This document shows, in pieces, positions 1 to 14,674 of a DNA stretch of 64,000 nt. The notes beneath the pieces were generated by a model. The model saw nothing but the letters and a program-made list of their open reading frames with translations. It did no database searches and was not told where the DNA came from. Numbering within the stretch: position 1 is the stretch's first letter; each line of letters begins with the position of its first letter. Source of the stretch: Nemertoderma westbladi (Eukaryota; Animalia; Xenacoelomorpha); contig JAUCBJ010006895.1 of the NCBI GenBank assembly GCA_032718475.1, positions 91,790 through 155,789 on the forward strand, read 5' to 3'. The position numbers were made by a program, and so were the translations under genes.

Positions 1-767
1 TTTAAGAGAAAATATATTTGAATTATTGTTTTTTTAAGAAGATAGTATATAATGTAGTTGTATATACTTTAAACTATTATTTTTAAATTCCATCACCTAA
101 CATTCAAAAAGAAAGTAGATAGTCCTAGTATCAATTTGAGTATCAAGTTGAAGTATCAATATTTAGTTGCGAAGGTCTTCATCACAGCAAGTTGCGCTAC
201 AAGAAGTGTCTTGGGGTACATTAAAGGCGCTTATTGCTGCTGCACAAATGTAGGTCTCTATTGTGTCGCATTCAGTGTCAGATAGGTAATCTTCTCAGTC
301 TTTAGGTAAACACATCGGCATTATGGTTGGAGGGATTCCGCCATGGTGGTCTATGGTCGGTCATAGTCTAAAATAATAACATTGCAATAAACCAACAGAG
401 GAATACATTTCAAACACAAGAAATAAAATAAAAATAAACTAGAAAGCCATCAAGATGGCTTTAAAAGAAACTGCCTTTTGGGACTCAGAATAAGCGCTAA
501 CTTTACCGAGTGCCAAACTCTTATAATAAAAGATACGCATCCACTCGATCCGTGCAGTCGAGGGACCATGTTTATCTTTAAGTGAAACCAATTTTTGTGA
601 CAATTCTGGTGATAATTAATTGTCATTTATAATGGTTGCGAGATAAAAACATTCTAACAAGAACTAAAATATTAAAACGTTGTTCCTTTTTGTTGTTTCA
701 GTTTGTTTTTATCGGAAGTTTATTGATTATAAAACAATATTATTAATTAATCTATATCTTTCAAATT

Positions 768-810
<43 letters not shown>

Positions 811-1114
811 GGGATCGGCATGCTGCAATGCAGCTGCATTTTTAAGAATGATGTGCCGGCTTGTCGACAAAATTGCGCCGCCACAACTCCCTATCACCCA
901 TGACATTTGATCGATCATCCGCATCTTCAAGGCCAATTTCCTTTAAGATGCGTCTCAAGAAAGTCATGAGCTGTCCACCATGCTTATTCACTCCATGAGG
1001 CTGCCAAAGTACAAAATGTAATGCACTGGCTGGTCCTCACGGCGAAAGCAATGTCCTGCAAAGCGGAGGCGATATTGTTCTAGTGTCAAGCTTGGGGGAA
1101 CCAATGAGACACCT
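768..1114 (-). mobile_element. 5'-truncated RTE-clade LINE, 3' end with (TAG)n tail
   Basis: (TAC)n at 768-810 followed by sequence matching the reverse complement of the 3' end of the RTE copy at 60014-61420. Confidence 0.85.
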
Positions 1115-1370
1115 ATGTTATTGGATAAATAATGTATATTTATTAAGACAACAACAAAGTACAGGTCAGCCTATAGAAAAAATTTATATGATCTTTTCTT
1201 CTAGTAAAATAAAGTTTTTGTATACATAAGGTTCACATTACGTACGCTAAATAAGAAAATAAATATTATTTTAAACACCATAAAAGCCCCACAATGGAAG
1301 AAAAAATTGGATTCTGATTATTAAATCTTGCAACGTAACAGTAACGAGAAACAATTCAAATAAATATAAA

Positions 1371-4300
1371 TACTGCTGTATGTATAGAATACCAAGTTAT
1401 TGATACACATTAATAATAATTACTGCTGTACGTATAGAATACCAAGTTATTGATACACATTAATAATAATTACTGCTGTTTGTATAGAATACCGAGTTAT
1501 TGATACACATTAATAATTACATTAATAATAATTACTGCTGTATGTATAGAATACCAAGTTATTGATACACATTAATAATAATTACTGCTGTATGTATAGA
1601 ATACCAAGTTATTGATACACATTAATAATAATTACTGCTGTATGTATAGAATACCAAGTTATTGATACACATTAATAATAATTACTGCTGTATGTATTGA
1701 ATACCAAGTTATTGATACACATTAATAATAATTACTGCTGTAAGTATAGAATACCAAGTTATTGATACACATTAATAATTACATTAATAATAATTACTGC
1801 TGTATGTATAGAATACCAAGTTATTGATACACATTAATAATAATTACTGCTGTATGTATAGAATACCAAGTTATTGATACACATTAATAATTACATTAAT
1901 AATAATTACTGCTGTATGTATAGAATACCAAGTTATTGATACACATTAATAATAATTACTGCTGTATGTATAGAATACCAAGTTATTGATACACATTAAT
2001 AATTACATTAATAATAATTACTGCTGTATGTATAGAATACCAAGTTATTGATACACATTAATAATTACATTAATAATAATTACTGCTGTATGTATAGAAT
2101 ACCAAGTTATTGATACACATTAATAATAATTACTGCTGTATGTATAGAATACCAAGTTATTGATACACATTAATAATAATTACTGCTGTATGTATAGAAT
2201 ACCAAGTTATTGATACACATTAATAATTACATTAATAATAATTACTGCTTTATGTATAGAATACCAATTTATTGATACACATTAATAATAATTACTGCTG
2301 TATGTATAGAATACCAAGTTATTGATACACATTAATAATTACATTAATAATAATTACTGCTGTATGTATAGAATACCAAGTTATTGATACACATTAATAA
2401 TAATTACTGCTGTATGTATAGAATACCAAGTTATTGATACACATTAATAATTATATTAATAATAATTACTGCTGTATGTATAGAATACCAAGTTATTGAT
2501 ACACATTAATAATAATTACTGCTGTATGTATAGAATACCAAGTTATTGATACACATTAATAATAATTACTGCTGTATGTAAAGAATACCAAGTTATTGAT
2601 ACACATTAATAATAATTACTGCTGTATGTATAGAATACCAAGTTATTGATACACATTAATAATTACATTAATAATAATTACTGCTGTATGTATAGAATAC
2701 CAAGTTATTGATACACATTAATAATTACATTAATAATAATTACTGCTGTATGTATAGAATACCAAGTTATTGATACACATTAATAATTACATTAATAATA
2801 ATTACTGCTGTATGTATAGAATACCAAGTTATTGATACACATTAATAATAATTACTGCTGTATGTATAGAATACCAAGTTATTGATACACATTAATAATT
2901 ACATTAATAATAATTACTGCTGTATGTATAGAATACCAAGTTATTGATACACATTAATAATAATTACTGCTGTATGTATAGAATACCAAGTTATTGATAC
3001 ACATTAATAATTACATTAATAATAATTACTGCTGTATGTATAGAATACCAAGTTATTGATACACATTAATAATTATATTAATAATAATTACTGCTGTATG
3101 TATAGAATACCAAGTTATTGATACACATTAATAATTACATTAATAATAATTACTGCTGTATGTATAGAATACCAAGTTATTGATACACATTAATAATTAC
3201 ATTAATAATAATTACTGCTGTATGTATAGAATACCAAGTTATTGATACACATTAATAATTATATTAATAATAATTACTGCTGTATGTATAGAATACCAAG
3301 TTATTGATACACATTAATAATTACATTAATAATAATTACTGCTGTATGTATAGAATACCAAGTTATTGATACACATTAATAATTACATTAATAATAATTA
3401 CTGCTGTATGTATAGAATACCAAGTTATTGATACACATTAATAATTACATTAATAATAATTACTGCTGTATGTATAGAATACCAAGTTATTGATACACAT
3501 TAATAATTATATTAATAATAATTACTGCTGTATGTATAGAATACCAAGTTATTGATACACATTAATAATTACATTAATAATAATTACTGCTGTATGTATA
3601 GAATACCAAGTTATTGATACACATTAATAATTACATTAATAATAATTACTGCTGTATGTATAGAATACCAAGTTATTGATACACATTAATAATTATATTA
3701 ATAATAATTACTGCTGTATGTATAGAATACCAAGTTATTGATACACATTAATAATTACATTAATAATAATTACTGCTGTATGTATAGAATACCAAGTTAT
3801 TGATACACATTAATAATTACATTAATAATAATTACTGCTGTATGTATAGAATACCAAGTTATTGATACACATTAATAATTACATTAATAATAATTACTGC
3901 TGTATGTATAGAATACCAAGTTATTGATACACATTAATAATAATTACTGCTGTATGTATAGAATACCAAGTTATTGATACACATTAATAATTACATTAAT
4001 AATAATTACTGCTGTATGTATAGAATACCAAGTTATTGATACACATTAATAATTATATTAATAATAATTACTGCTGTATGTATAGAATACCAAGTTATTG
4101 ATACACATTAATAATTACATTAATAATAATTACTGCTGTATGTATAGAATACCAAGTTATTGATACACATTAATAATTACATTAATAATAATTACTGCTG
4201 TATGTATAGAATACCAAGTTATTGATACACATTAATAATTATATTAATAATAATTACTGCTGTATGTATAGAATTCCAAGTTATTGATACACATTAATAA

Positions 4301-7300
4301 TAATTACTGCTGTATGTATAGAATACCAAGTTATTGATACACATTAATAATAATTACTGCTGTATGTATAGAATACCAAGTTATTGATACACATTAATAA
4401 TAATTACTGCTGTATGTATAGAATACCAAGTTATTGATACACATTATTAATTACATTAATAATAATTACTGCTGTATGTATAGAATACCAAGTTATTGAT
4501 ACACATTAATAATAATTACTGCTGTATGTATAGAATACCAAGTTATTGATACACATTAATAATTACATTAATAATAATTACTGCTGTATGTATAGAATAC
4601 CAAGTTATTGATACACATTAATAATAATTACTGCTGTATGTATAGAATACCAAGTTATTGATACACATTAATAATAATTACTGCTGTATGTATAGAATTC
4701 CAAGTTATTGATACACATTAATAATAATTACTGCTGTATGTATAGAATACCAAGTTATTGATACACATTAATAATAATTACTGCTGTATGTATAGAATAC
4801 CAAGTTATTGATACACATTAATAATAATTACTGCTGTATGTATAGAATACCAAGTTATTGATACACATTAATAATTACATTAATAATAATTACTGCTGTA
4901 TGTATAGAATACCAAGTTATTGATACACATTAATAATAATTACTGCTGTATGTATAGAATACCAAGTTATTGATACACATTAATAATAATTACTGCTGTA
5001 TGTATAGAATACCAAGTTATTGATACACATTAATAATAATTACTGCTGTATGTATAGAATACCAAGTTATTGATACACATTAATAATTACATTAATAATA
5101 ATTACTGCTGTATGTATAGAATACCAAGTTATTGATACACATTAATAATAATTACTGCTGTATGTATAGAATACCAAGTTATTGATACACATTAATAATT
5201 ACATTAATAATAATTACTGCTGTATGTATAGAATACCAAGTTATTGATACACATTAATAATAATTACTGCTGTATGTATAGAATACCAAGTTATTGATAC
5301 ACATTAATAATAATTACTGCTGTATGTATAGAATACCAAGTTATTGATACACATTATTAATTACATTAATAATAATTACTGCTGTATGTATAGAATACCA
5401 AGTTATTGATACACATTAATAATAATTACTGCTGTATGTATAGAATACCAAGTTATTGATACACATTAATAATTACATTAATAATAATTACTGCTGTATG
5501 TATAGAATACCAAGTTATTGATACACATTAATAATAATTACTGCTGTATGTATAGAATACCAAGTTATTGATACACATTAATAATAATTACTGCTGTATG
5601 TATAGAATTCCAAGTTATTGATACACATTAATAATAATTACTGCTGTATGTATAGAATACCAAGTTATTGATACACATTAATAATAATTACTGCTGTATG
5701 TATAGAATACCAAGTTATTGATACACATTAATAATAATTACTGCTGTATGTATAGAATACCAAGTTATTGATACACATTAATAATTACATTAATAATAAT
5801 TACTGCTGTATGTATAGAATACCAAGTTATTGATACACATTAATAATAATTACTGCTGTATGTATAGAATACCAAGTTATTGATACACATTAATAATAAT
5901 TACTGCTGTATGTATAGAATACCAAGTTATTGATACACATTAATAATAATTACTGCTGTATGTATAGAATACCAAGTTATTGATACACATTAATAATTAC
6001 ATTAATAATAATTACTGCTGTATGTATAGAATACCAAGTTATTGATACACATTAATAATAATTACTGCTGTATGTATAGAATACCAAGTTATTGATACAC
6101 ATTAATAATTACATTAATAATAATTACTGCTGTATGTATAGAATACCAAGTTATTGATACACATTAATAATAATTACTGCTGTATGTATAGAATACCAAG
6201 TTATTGATACACATTAATAATTACATTAATAATAATTACTGCTGTATGTATAGAATACCAAGTTATTGATACACATTAATAATTACATTAATAATAATTA
6301 CTGCTGTATGTATAGAATACCAAGTTATTGATACACATTAATAATAATTACTGCTGTATGTATAGAATACCAAGTCATTGATACACATTAATAATTACAT
6401 TAATAATAATTACTGCTGTATGTATAGAATACTAAGTTATTGATACACATTAATAATAATTACTGCTGTATGTATAGAATACCAAGTTATTGATACACAT
6501 TAATAATAATTACTGCTGTATGTATAGAATACCAAGTTATTGATACACATTAATAATTATATTAATAATAATTACTGCTGTATGTATAGAATACCAAGTT
6601 ATTGATACACATTAATAATAATTACTGCTGTATGTATAGAATACCAAGTTATTGATACACATTAATAATAATTACTGCTGTATGTATAGAATACCAAGTT
6701 ATTGATACACATTAATAATAATTACTGCTGTATGTATAGAATACCAAGTTATTGATACACATTAATAATTATATTAATAATAATTACTGCTGTATGTATA
6801 GAATACCAAGTTATTGATACACATTAATAATTACATTAATAATAATTACTGCTGTATGTATAGAATACCAAGTTATTGATACACATTAATAATAATTACT
6901 GCTGTATGTATAGAATACCAAGTTATTGATACACATTAATAATAATTACTGCTGTATGTATAGAATACCAAGTTATTGATACACATTAATAATTACATTA
7001 ATAATAATTACTGCTGTATGTATAGAATACCAAGTTATTGATACACATTAATAATAATTACTGTTGTATGTATAGAATACCAAGTTATTGATACACATTA
7101 ATAATTACATTAATAATAATTACTGCTGTATGTATAGAATACCAAGTTATTGATACACATTAATAATTACATTAATAATAATTACTGCTGTATGTATAGA
7201 ATACCAAGTTATTGATACACATTAATAATAATTACTGCTGTATGTATAGAATACCAAGTTATTGATACACATTAATAATTACATTAATAATAATTACTGC

Positions 7301-9747
7301 TGTATGTATAGAATACCAAGTTATTGATACACATTAATAATTACATTAATAATAATTACTGCTGTATGTATAGAATACCAAGTTATTGATACACATTAAT
7401 AATTACATTAATAATAATTACTGCTGTATGTATAGAATACCAAGTTATTGATACACATTAATAATTATATTAATAATAATTACTGCTGTATGTATAGAAT
7501 ACCAAGTTATTGATACACATTAATAATTACATTAATAATAATTACTGCTGTATGTATAGAATACCAAGTTATTGATACACATTAATAATAATTACTGCTG
7601 TATGTATAGAATACCAAGTTATTGATACACATTAATAATTATATTAATAATAATTACTGCTGTATGTATAGAATACCAAGTTATTGATACACATTAATAA
7701 TTACATTAATAATAATTACTGCTGTATGTATAGAATACCAAGTTATTGATACACATTAATAATTACATTAATAATAATTACTGCTGTATGTATAGAATAC
7801 CAAGTTATTGATACACATTAATAATAATTACTGCTGTATGTATAGAATACCAAGTTATTGATACACATTAATAATTATATTAATAATAATTACTGCTGTA
7901 TGTATAGAATACCAAGTTATTGATACACTTTAATAATTACATTAATAATAATTACTGCTGTATGTATAGAATACCAAGTTATTGATACACATTAATAATT
8001 ACATTAATAATAATTACTGCTGTATGTATAGAATACCAAGTTATTGATACACATTAATAATAATTACTGCTGTATGTATAGAATACCAAGTTATTGATAC
8101 ACATTAATAATAATTACTGCTGTATGTATAGAATACCAAGTTATTGATACACATTAATAATAATTACTGCTGTATGTATAGAATACCAAGTTATTGATAC
8201 ACATTAATAATTACATTAATAATAATTACTGCTGTATGTATAGAATACCAAGTTATTGATACACATTAATAATTACATTAATAATAATTACTGCTGTATG
8301 TATAGAATACCAAGTTATTGATACACATTAATAATTACATTAATAATAATTACTGCTGTATGTATAGAATACCAAGTTATTGATACACATTAATAATTAC
8401 ATTAATAATAATTACTGCTGTATGTATAGAATACCAAGTTATTGATACACATTAATAATAATTACTGCTGTTTGTATAGAATACCAAGTTATTGATACAC
8501 ATTAATAATTACATTAATAATAATTACTGCTGTATGTATAGAATACCAAGTTATTGATACACATTAATAATAATTACTGCTGTATGTATAGAATACCAAG
8601 TTATTGATACACATTAATAATAATTACTGCTGTATGTATAGAATACCAAGTTATTGATACACATTAATAATAATTACTGCTGTATGTATAGAATACCAAG
8701 TTATTGATACACATTAATAATTACATTAATAATAATTACTGCTGTATGTATAGAATACCAAGTTATTGATACACATTAATAATTACATTAATAATAATTA
8801 CTGCTGTATGTATAGAATACCAAGTTATTGATACACATTAATAATAATTACTGCTGTATGTATAGAATACCAAGTTATTGATACACATTAATAATTACAT
8901 TAATAATAATTACTGCTGTATGTATAGAATACCAAGTTATTGATACACATTAATAATTACATTAATAATAATTACTGCTGTATGTATAGAATACCAAGTT
9001 ATTGATACACATTAATAATTACATTAATAATAATTACTGCTGTATGTATAGAATACCAAGTTATTGATACACATTAATAATAATTACTGCTGTTTGTATA
9101 GAATACCAAGTTATTGATACACATTAATAATAATTACTGCTGTATGTATAGAATACCAAGTTATTGATATACATTAATAATTACATTAATAATAATTACT
9201 GCTGTATGTATAGAATACCAAGTTATTGATACACATTAATAATAATTACTGCTGTATGTATAGAATACCAAGTTATTGATACACATTAATAATAATTACT
9301 GCTGTATGTATAGAATACCAAGTTATTGATACACATTAATAATTACTGCTGTTTGTATAGAATACCAAGTTATTGATACACATTAATAATTACATTAATA
9401 ATAATTACTGCTGTACGTATAGAATACCAAGTTATTGATACACATTAATAATTATATTAATAATAATTACTGCTGTATGTATAGAATACCAAGTTATTGA
9501 TACACATTAATAATAATTACTGCTGTATGTATAGAATACCAAGTTATTGATACACATTAATAATAATTACTACTGTATGTATAGAATACCAAGTTATTGA
9601 TACACATTAATAATTACATTAATAATAATTACTGCTGTATGTATAGAATACCAAGTTATTGATACACATTAATAATAATTACTACTGTATGTATAGAATA
9701 CCAAGTTATTGATACACATTAATAATTATATTAATAATAATAACTGC
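1371..9747. repeat. Tandem satellite, 50-bp monomer (TACTGCTGTATGTATAGAATACCAAGTTATTGATACACATTAATAATAAT) mixed with a 62-bp variant, roughly 150 copies
   Basis: Directly visible. The long variant inserts TAATAATTACAT or TAATAATTATAT. Very few substitutions. Confidence 0.98.
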
Positions 9748-10299
9748 CAACTACCAAATTAATTAAAACTGAAATTAAAACATTACAGAGAAGGAGTCAA
9801 TCAACAAATCTCATTAATTTATCTTTTGAACGGTGTATCACAATTTTTACATTTTATAAATCACGAGATATTCAAAATTAAAATGAGTGGAAATGAAATT
9901 TAAGGCCATTAATCATAATCAGTTGAGATACTCGTTCGTGGGGCCTTCGCGCAGCATGAGAGCTTATATTAGAAAGTACATTATACTAATCTCTATCATA
10001 TATACGAAAAAAATATGAGCAAAGGCGAAGCCTCAGTTTGTGACAAACTAGTTGTAAAAAGAGAGATCCATTTCAGTTTGCCCTTATAAACTTTAACTGT
10101 CATTTGTAAACCTTCTAACTAGGGCTATTTAAGTTAAGTATGACATTTTTAGTTTTACAATACTCTTCTCCTTCATTAGCCTTGTTGCGCTCGTCCTGTT
10201 TTGTCTTAAAATAATTTTTATAACTATTTAACTTTAACTATAAAAACCTTTCTAACTCGAAACTGTGAGAGTGATTTATGATTTATGCTGATTTATGGC

Positions 10300-10535
10300 A
10301 GATGGACACTCATATCCACTGTAAACTCGTTGTATTCGTTCGTTTTTGACCAAACTTCAGATTCTTACTAAGCTTTTGACGGACTACATACATACCAAGT
10401 TTCGTTTAATTTCATCAAGGAATAACCGAGTTATTAGCGATCAAAAATTTACGACGTCGACGACGACGACGACGACGACAACTCGTTAATGGGACCCATA
10501 TGCTAAGGATTCGATCACTTCGTGGCTCGCCCCAC
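10300..10535. mobile_element. Possible non-autonomous Helentron/DINE-1-like element fragment
   Basis: ATACCAAGTTTC core followed by a (GAC)n microsatellite, an architecture typical of such elements. Boundaries uncertain. Confidence 0.3.
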
Positions 10536-10848
10536 ACTCAGTTATCTAATAAATATTTACATTGGATTTCGACAGAGGCGATAACAGCTGGCTACAGTAA
10601 TTTCTATTACAAACACACAGATAGTGAGAGAGTAATACTGTAACTAATACTGATCTATGAATATTGCCATCCTAAAGCCAACAGCAGTGCACTTTATAAC
10701 ATAATGCCAAACAAACAGCTAGTACCTGGCTTGTGTTTTTATCATTTCGAAGAGATGTGTTCGACCTTAGAGTTCAAGCAGCAGTGACCATCTATAGCTG
10801 TCTTTACAGTAATAAATTAATTAATGGGCCTACTTGCGGGAGGTATAA

Positions 10849-12350
10849 GGGGTAACGAGGTGCCCTGAATCGAGTGGCGGGGTGTGTTTTTAATAAAATC
10901 ACGAGGAAACGTTCGAAATGGTTGGTTTGAGTAAGCGCGGGAAGTCAAAATGATTTTGAAATCGGCTGTGATTAGCTTCTACATATTTGACGTCACTACA
11001 CAGTGCTCAGACAATTTCTTATATTGTTTTCTAAGGAGGGTAATTTTGGATCCATTCAAAGTTACATTTAATCTTAATCATTTCATCACATGTGAAAACA
11101 GAGTGTCTTGCGCGTATTTTAGCAATAGAATTCATTAAATTCATGATGATGAAAATATTATTGATAAAATGAATCAATTCACAATTATAAACTCGCAGTT
11201 TGCCTGAACGGTATGCAAATAGTATTGAACCACTCAGCCCTATAAACCTATTGCATTGCAGTATCGGAGTATTGCTGTATTGCAGCTTTAAGTTCATTAA
11301 GTTTAAATGTGTACTGGTCACCGGTAGCATAAGAGTTGTACAGCGGTAGATTTACTCAACGTAATGAACTTAAGCAACAATAAAGCAATAGGCCTACTCC
11401 GATACTGCAATGCAATAGGTGGCTAGGGCTGAGTTGATTAGTTCTTGCATACGGGGTCAGGCAATCTACCAAGTGTGCAAAATTGCAAACAGTATTATTG
11501 ATAAGTGTTTGTAGTGTTAAAAGACGCGCTTGACTCTCCGATTTCAATTGATATAAGCCAGGTGAGAAATGATTGTAGAGCGAACCATATCAAATTATTG
11601 ATGAACTTGTAGTGACCTAACAACACGAATTATTGGGTCAACATGAGAGCGGGATATTCAAACAGGGATATATAGGACTACTACCTAGGCCTACTCTACT
11701 GCTGTACGATATACAGCTTACTGCGCTGTCAGATCAGTTATCATATCTGCATATGCAATTATATCTGTTATCAATGCTATAACTAATTATTAATGAACGA
11801 TCATTAAAAACTCATTAATTGACAATCATTAAACTCTAAACTTTAAACTTTAAACATTAAATATTGTTGAATGACCTTTAGTCAGTCAGCCTTATTTGCT
11901 TAACCTTTTGTGGTGACTGGTATATATATTAAAGTTACATAGATATAACTTATGCAATCAATTTTGTAATATTAATTATACAATTTGTAAATTAAACATT
12001 TGTCTAAAGGTAAAATTATATTTCGAATTTATTTCACATTGTTCATATTGTTTTCTTAATTAATCTTAATCAATTGACTTTATTGTGCACGAAAATTATT
12101 GAACCTTACAATTATGTAGATTAAATGTGTATTTAAATCGATCGAAAATCAAACCATAGAAAACAATATAAGAAATTATCTGAGTACTGCTAAGTGACGT
12201 CATGTCAAATATGTAACAGCCAATCACAGCCGATTTTCAAAATTGGCTTCCCAGGCTTACTTATACTTAAACCCGCCATTTCGACCGATTCTTCATGTTT
12301 TTACAAAAATCACACACGCCGCCACTCGATTCAGGGAACCTTGTCACCCC
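10849..12350. mobile_element. Non-autonomous TIR DNA transposon, Kolobok-like
   Basis: Imperfect ~150-bp inverted repeats at 10849-10997 and 12194-12350 (GGGGTAACGAGGTGCCCTGAATCGAGTGGCGG / CCGCCACTCGATTCAGGGAACCTTGTCACCCC). Flanks ATAA and TTAT resemble a decayed TTAA. No transposase. Confidence 0.65.
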
Positions 12351-13458
12351 TTATTCGATTGTTTCTAGCCCAACAATTTTTTCGCGCACCAACCCTATTG
12401 ATTCCCTAGATCATCCGGGCGTGACCGGACAATTGCCGATTTTATTAGTTGTAGTTAGTGGATCGGCCCATATTAAACCTAATCCATCATGTCTGTCCCC
12501 TTCCATACTACTACACTTGTACCGAAAGTCTAACATTTATTGCTGAAGAATTACAACACATCGTACGCATTCATCTGTCCATATTTCCATATTTCCATCT
12601 GAATCAGAACTGTGGCAACTCAAACCATAACCAACTGCCACAAGTGATGTAAGAATCAATAAAGTGTTTCATAATTATTGAAAGGAATTTATACTAAAGT
12701 GATTGTAATTGTATAATATAATATATTAACAAAATAAATATTATTATTTCAAATATTGATTAAGATAATCTGAAGGCAATACAATAATTAAATTTAGTAA
12801 TCAATCAAAAGTAAACACAAATGCCAAAGATGTGATGTTTGGGTAACTGCTCAAGGTCTAGAAATCATACAGTAATGCATTGGATGTTGCATATTTTTCC
12901 TTGAGATGGGGTGCGGGTTTTAGGTGAGGGCTGGCTGGTGATGTCGATGTGTCTAAAGTTCACCAGTGGTTGTGAGGACGTGATTAAAACGTGATAGTTG
13001 TCTAGGTAGAACGTGTGAATCCCAGGTGATGGGGATCAAGCACTTAACCTCGTCATTGTGTGACTGTCGCTGTGTTACTATATGTAATACATCAAACAGG
13101 CCAGGAAGTCATGTTCCGCTTCATTAGTTCCTGCTGATGCAAATGAATCATTACTTTCTTCAAACTTCAAAGGTGCAAAGCTCCAGTCTTTAGTTCCCGC
13201 ATCTCGTTATTTAACATTTTCATTTCAATTTGGAACTTTTATGATGAAAAAATTTATTAAACTCAGCTGGACATGGTAGCATTTATATTATTTGGTTTTG
13301 CGGTAAAGTCTTCAAGTAATAAGGATTAAGGAACGGCGTTTGATTATTTATAAATTACCTACTTTTGATTGAGTATACTTAATTTGTTTAACTTTACTGG
13401 AGACAGTGTGTAATAAAATTAAAACAAGATGCAGTATGGTATAATCGTCATAGGACGC

Positions 13459-14662
13459 CGTAAAAGCTTTTGCGTAATTAGCCGGTTATTTTCCCTTAAA
13501 GTACTCTGTAGTTGGTTTGCCAGGCATAAAGAGGCCGTGTCCTTGCTGTACTGGTGTTTTAGAGGACATAAAAGTCATTTCTTATGTATTTGTACTGTAT
13601 TTGTACTTTAGAGGACATAATCCACAATCTCGTGACGCAATAGCTGGATACTTTTGAAAACAGTGTCGCTACCATGACGACGGCTAGCAGCTGATATTGC
13701 CACGTCGACGTTTCTTTGTTTCTTTGTTCTCTCGTTGTTCAGGTTGACCAATCAGAGCGTTTGTTGTCTCTGTGTTGGAGGTGTATACAGAAACTCAGTA
13801 GTTCAGTGTTATGTTTTTGCCCAGAGCCTAAGAACCGGCTTTTGGCACCTCCGTGTTTTCAGTTTTTAGTCTTACACTAGTAGGCTTAATTATAAGGACA
13901 TATATCCTTTAACTGCAATTTCGTAATCACTGCTGACACACGGCTTTTAATAACTGCTGAAACTGCTAAAATTTACCTGCTCAATCGATACTGTATACTG
14001 CTATTTGTTGTCGGTTATTCATTATATTTGTTGATGAATTATTATATTGGAATAACGAGAAATAACCCCGAAAACCCAATATTCTTGATATACCGAAGGT
14101 AAGAGAGAAAGGTTACCAATAACTATTGTGACTTATGTTAAAGTGGTTTGAAGTGAATCTAATGTTATTTGATAGACCCTACATGAGTCAGTCTGTGTTC
14201 CTTTTATATGTGACTAAAATCAGTGAAGATTGGCAGATTAGTGTGCAGTATTGTGCAGCATTGTGTATGAGTGAGTCTGTTAAAGAAGCAATTCCTAAAG
14301 AATGCGCCATATATGTGAATTATAATTGAGCCATATCGTTGTGAGTAGTTTAAGTCATAACTCTGTTTATATAGATAAAGCGCCACGTCCTAAAGGAACT
14401 GTTAATATTCCCGAAGGTGAATAATATTGTCAGAGATTATATAATACTGTCAGTCGAATAATACATTAGGCTTACATAGCAATAAAAATTAAGCCGTCGA
14501 ACCCAATCTCCTGGGAATATCCAGCGGGTGAATGATCGCGCACAGATTGGTTTCGACTAGTGTAGTGAATCAAATACTTGTCATAGGCTAAAAAGCGATT
14601 TATTATCTAGAAGACATCTTAATTTGGCGGGTTAAACTGCCAAAGGTCTGAAAGCGCGAACA
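13459..14662 (+). repeat. 5' LTR of element 1 (CG...CA)
   Basis: Matches 27242-28445. I see about 3 substitutions, including the first base (C vs T). Confidence 0.97.
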
Positions 14663-14674
14663 TTAAAGGATATA
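14663..14674 (+). promoter_or_regulatory. Non-tRNA primer-binding site TTAAAGGATATA, complementary to LTR 13901-13912
   Basis: Abuts the LTR end. Perfect 12-nt reverse complement of TATATCCTTTAA in the LTR. No TGG. Confidence 0.75.

Noticed and set aside
235-335. Minus-strand IMPMCLP...C...ICA resembling a trypsin-like protease fragment
   Set aside because: Too short, contains a stop, and no catalytic motifs
680-936. Poly-Leu, poly-Ser and poly-Ile ORFs (also 61473-61703)
   Set aside because: Translations of (TAC)n and (AAT)n microsatellites
1371-9747. CRISPR-like array
   Set aside because: No unique spacers, no cas genes, eukaryotic context. It is a plain satellite
12410-12648. Possible exon bounded by AG and GTAAG
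   Set aside because: No frame clearly open across it and no recognisable product
13429-14386. Short ORFs inside the LTRs (also 27200-28169 and 49692-49877)
   Set aside because: Duplicated only because the LTRs are. Not conserved between elements and no domains
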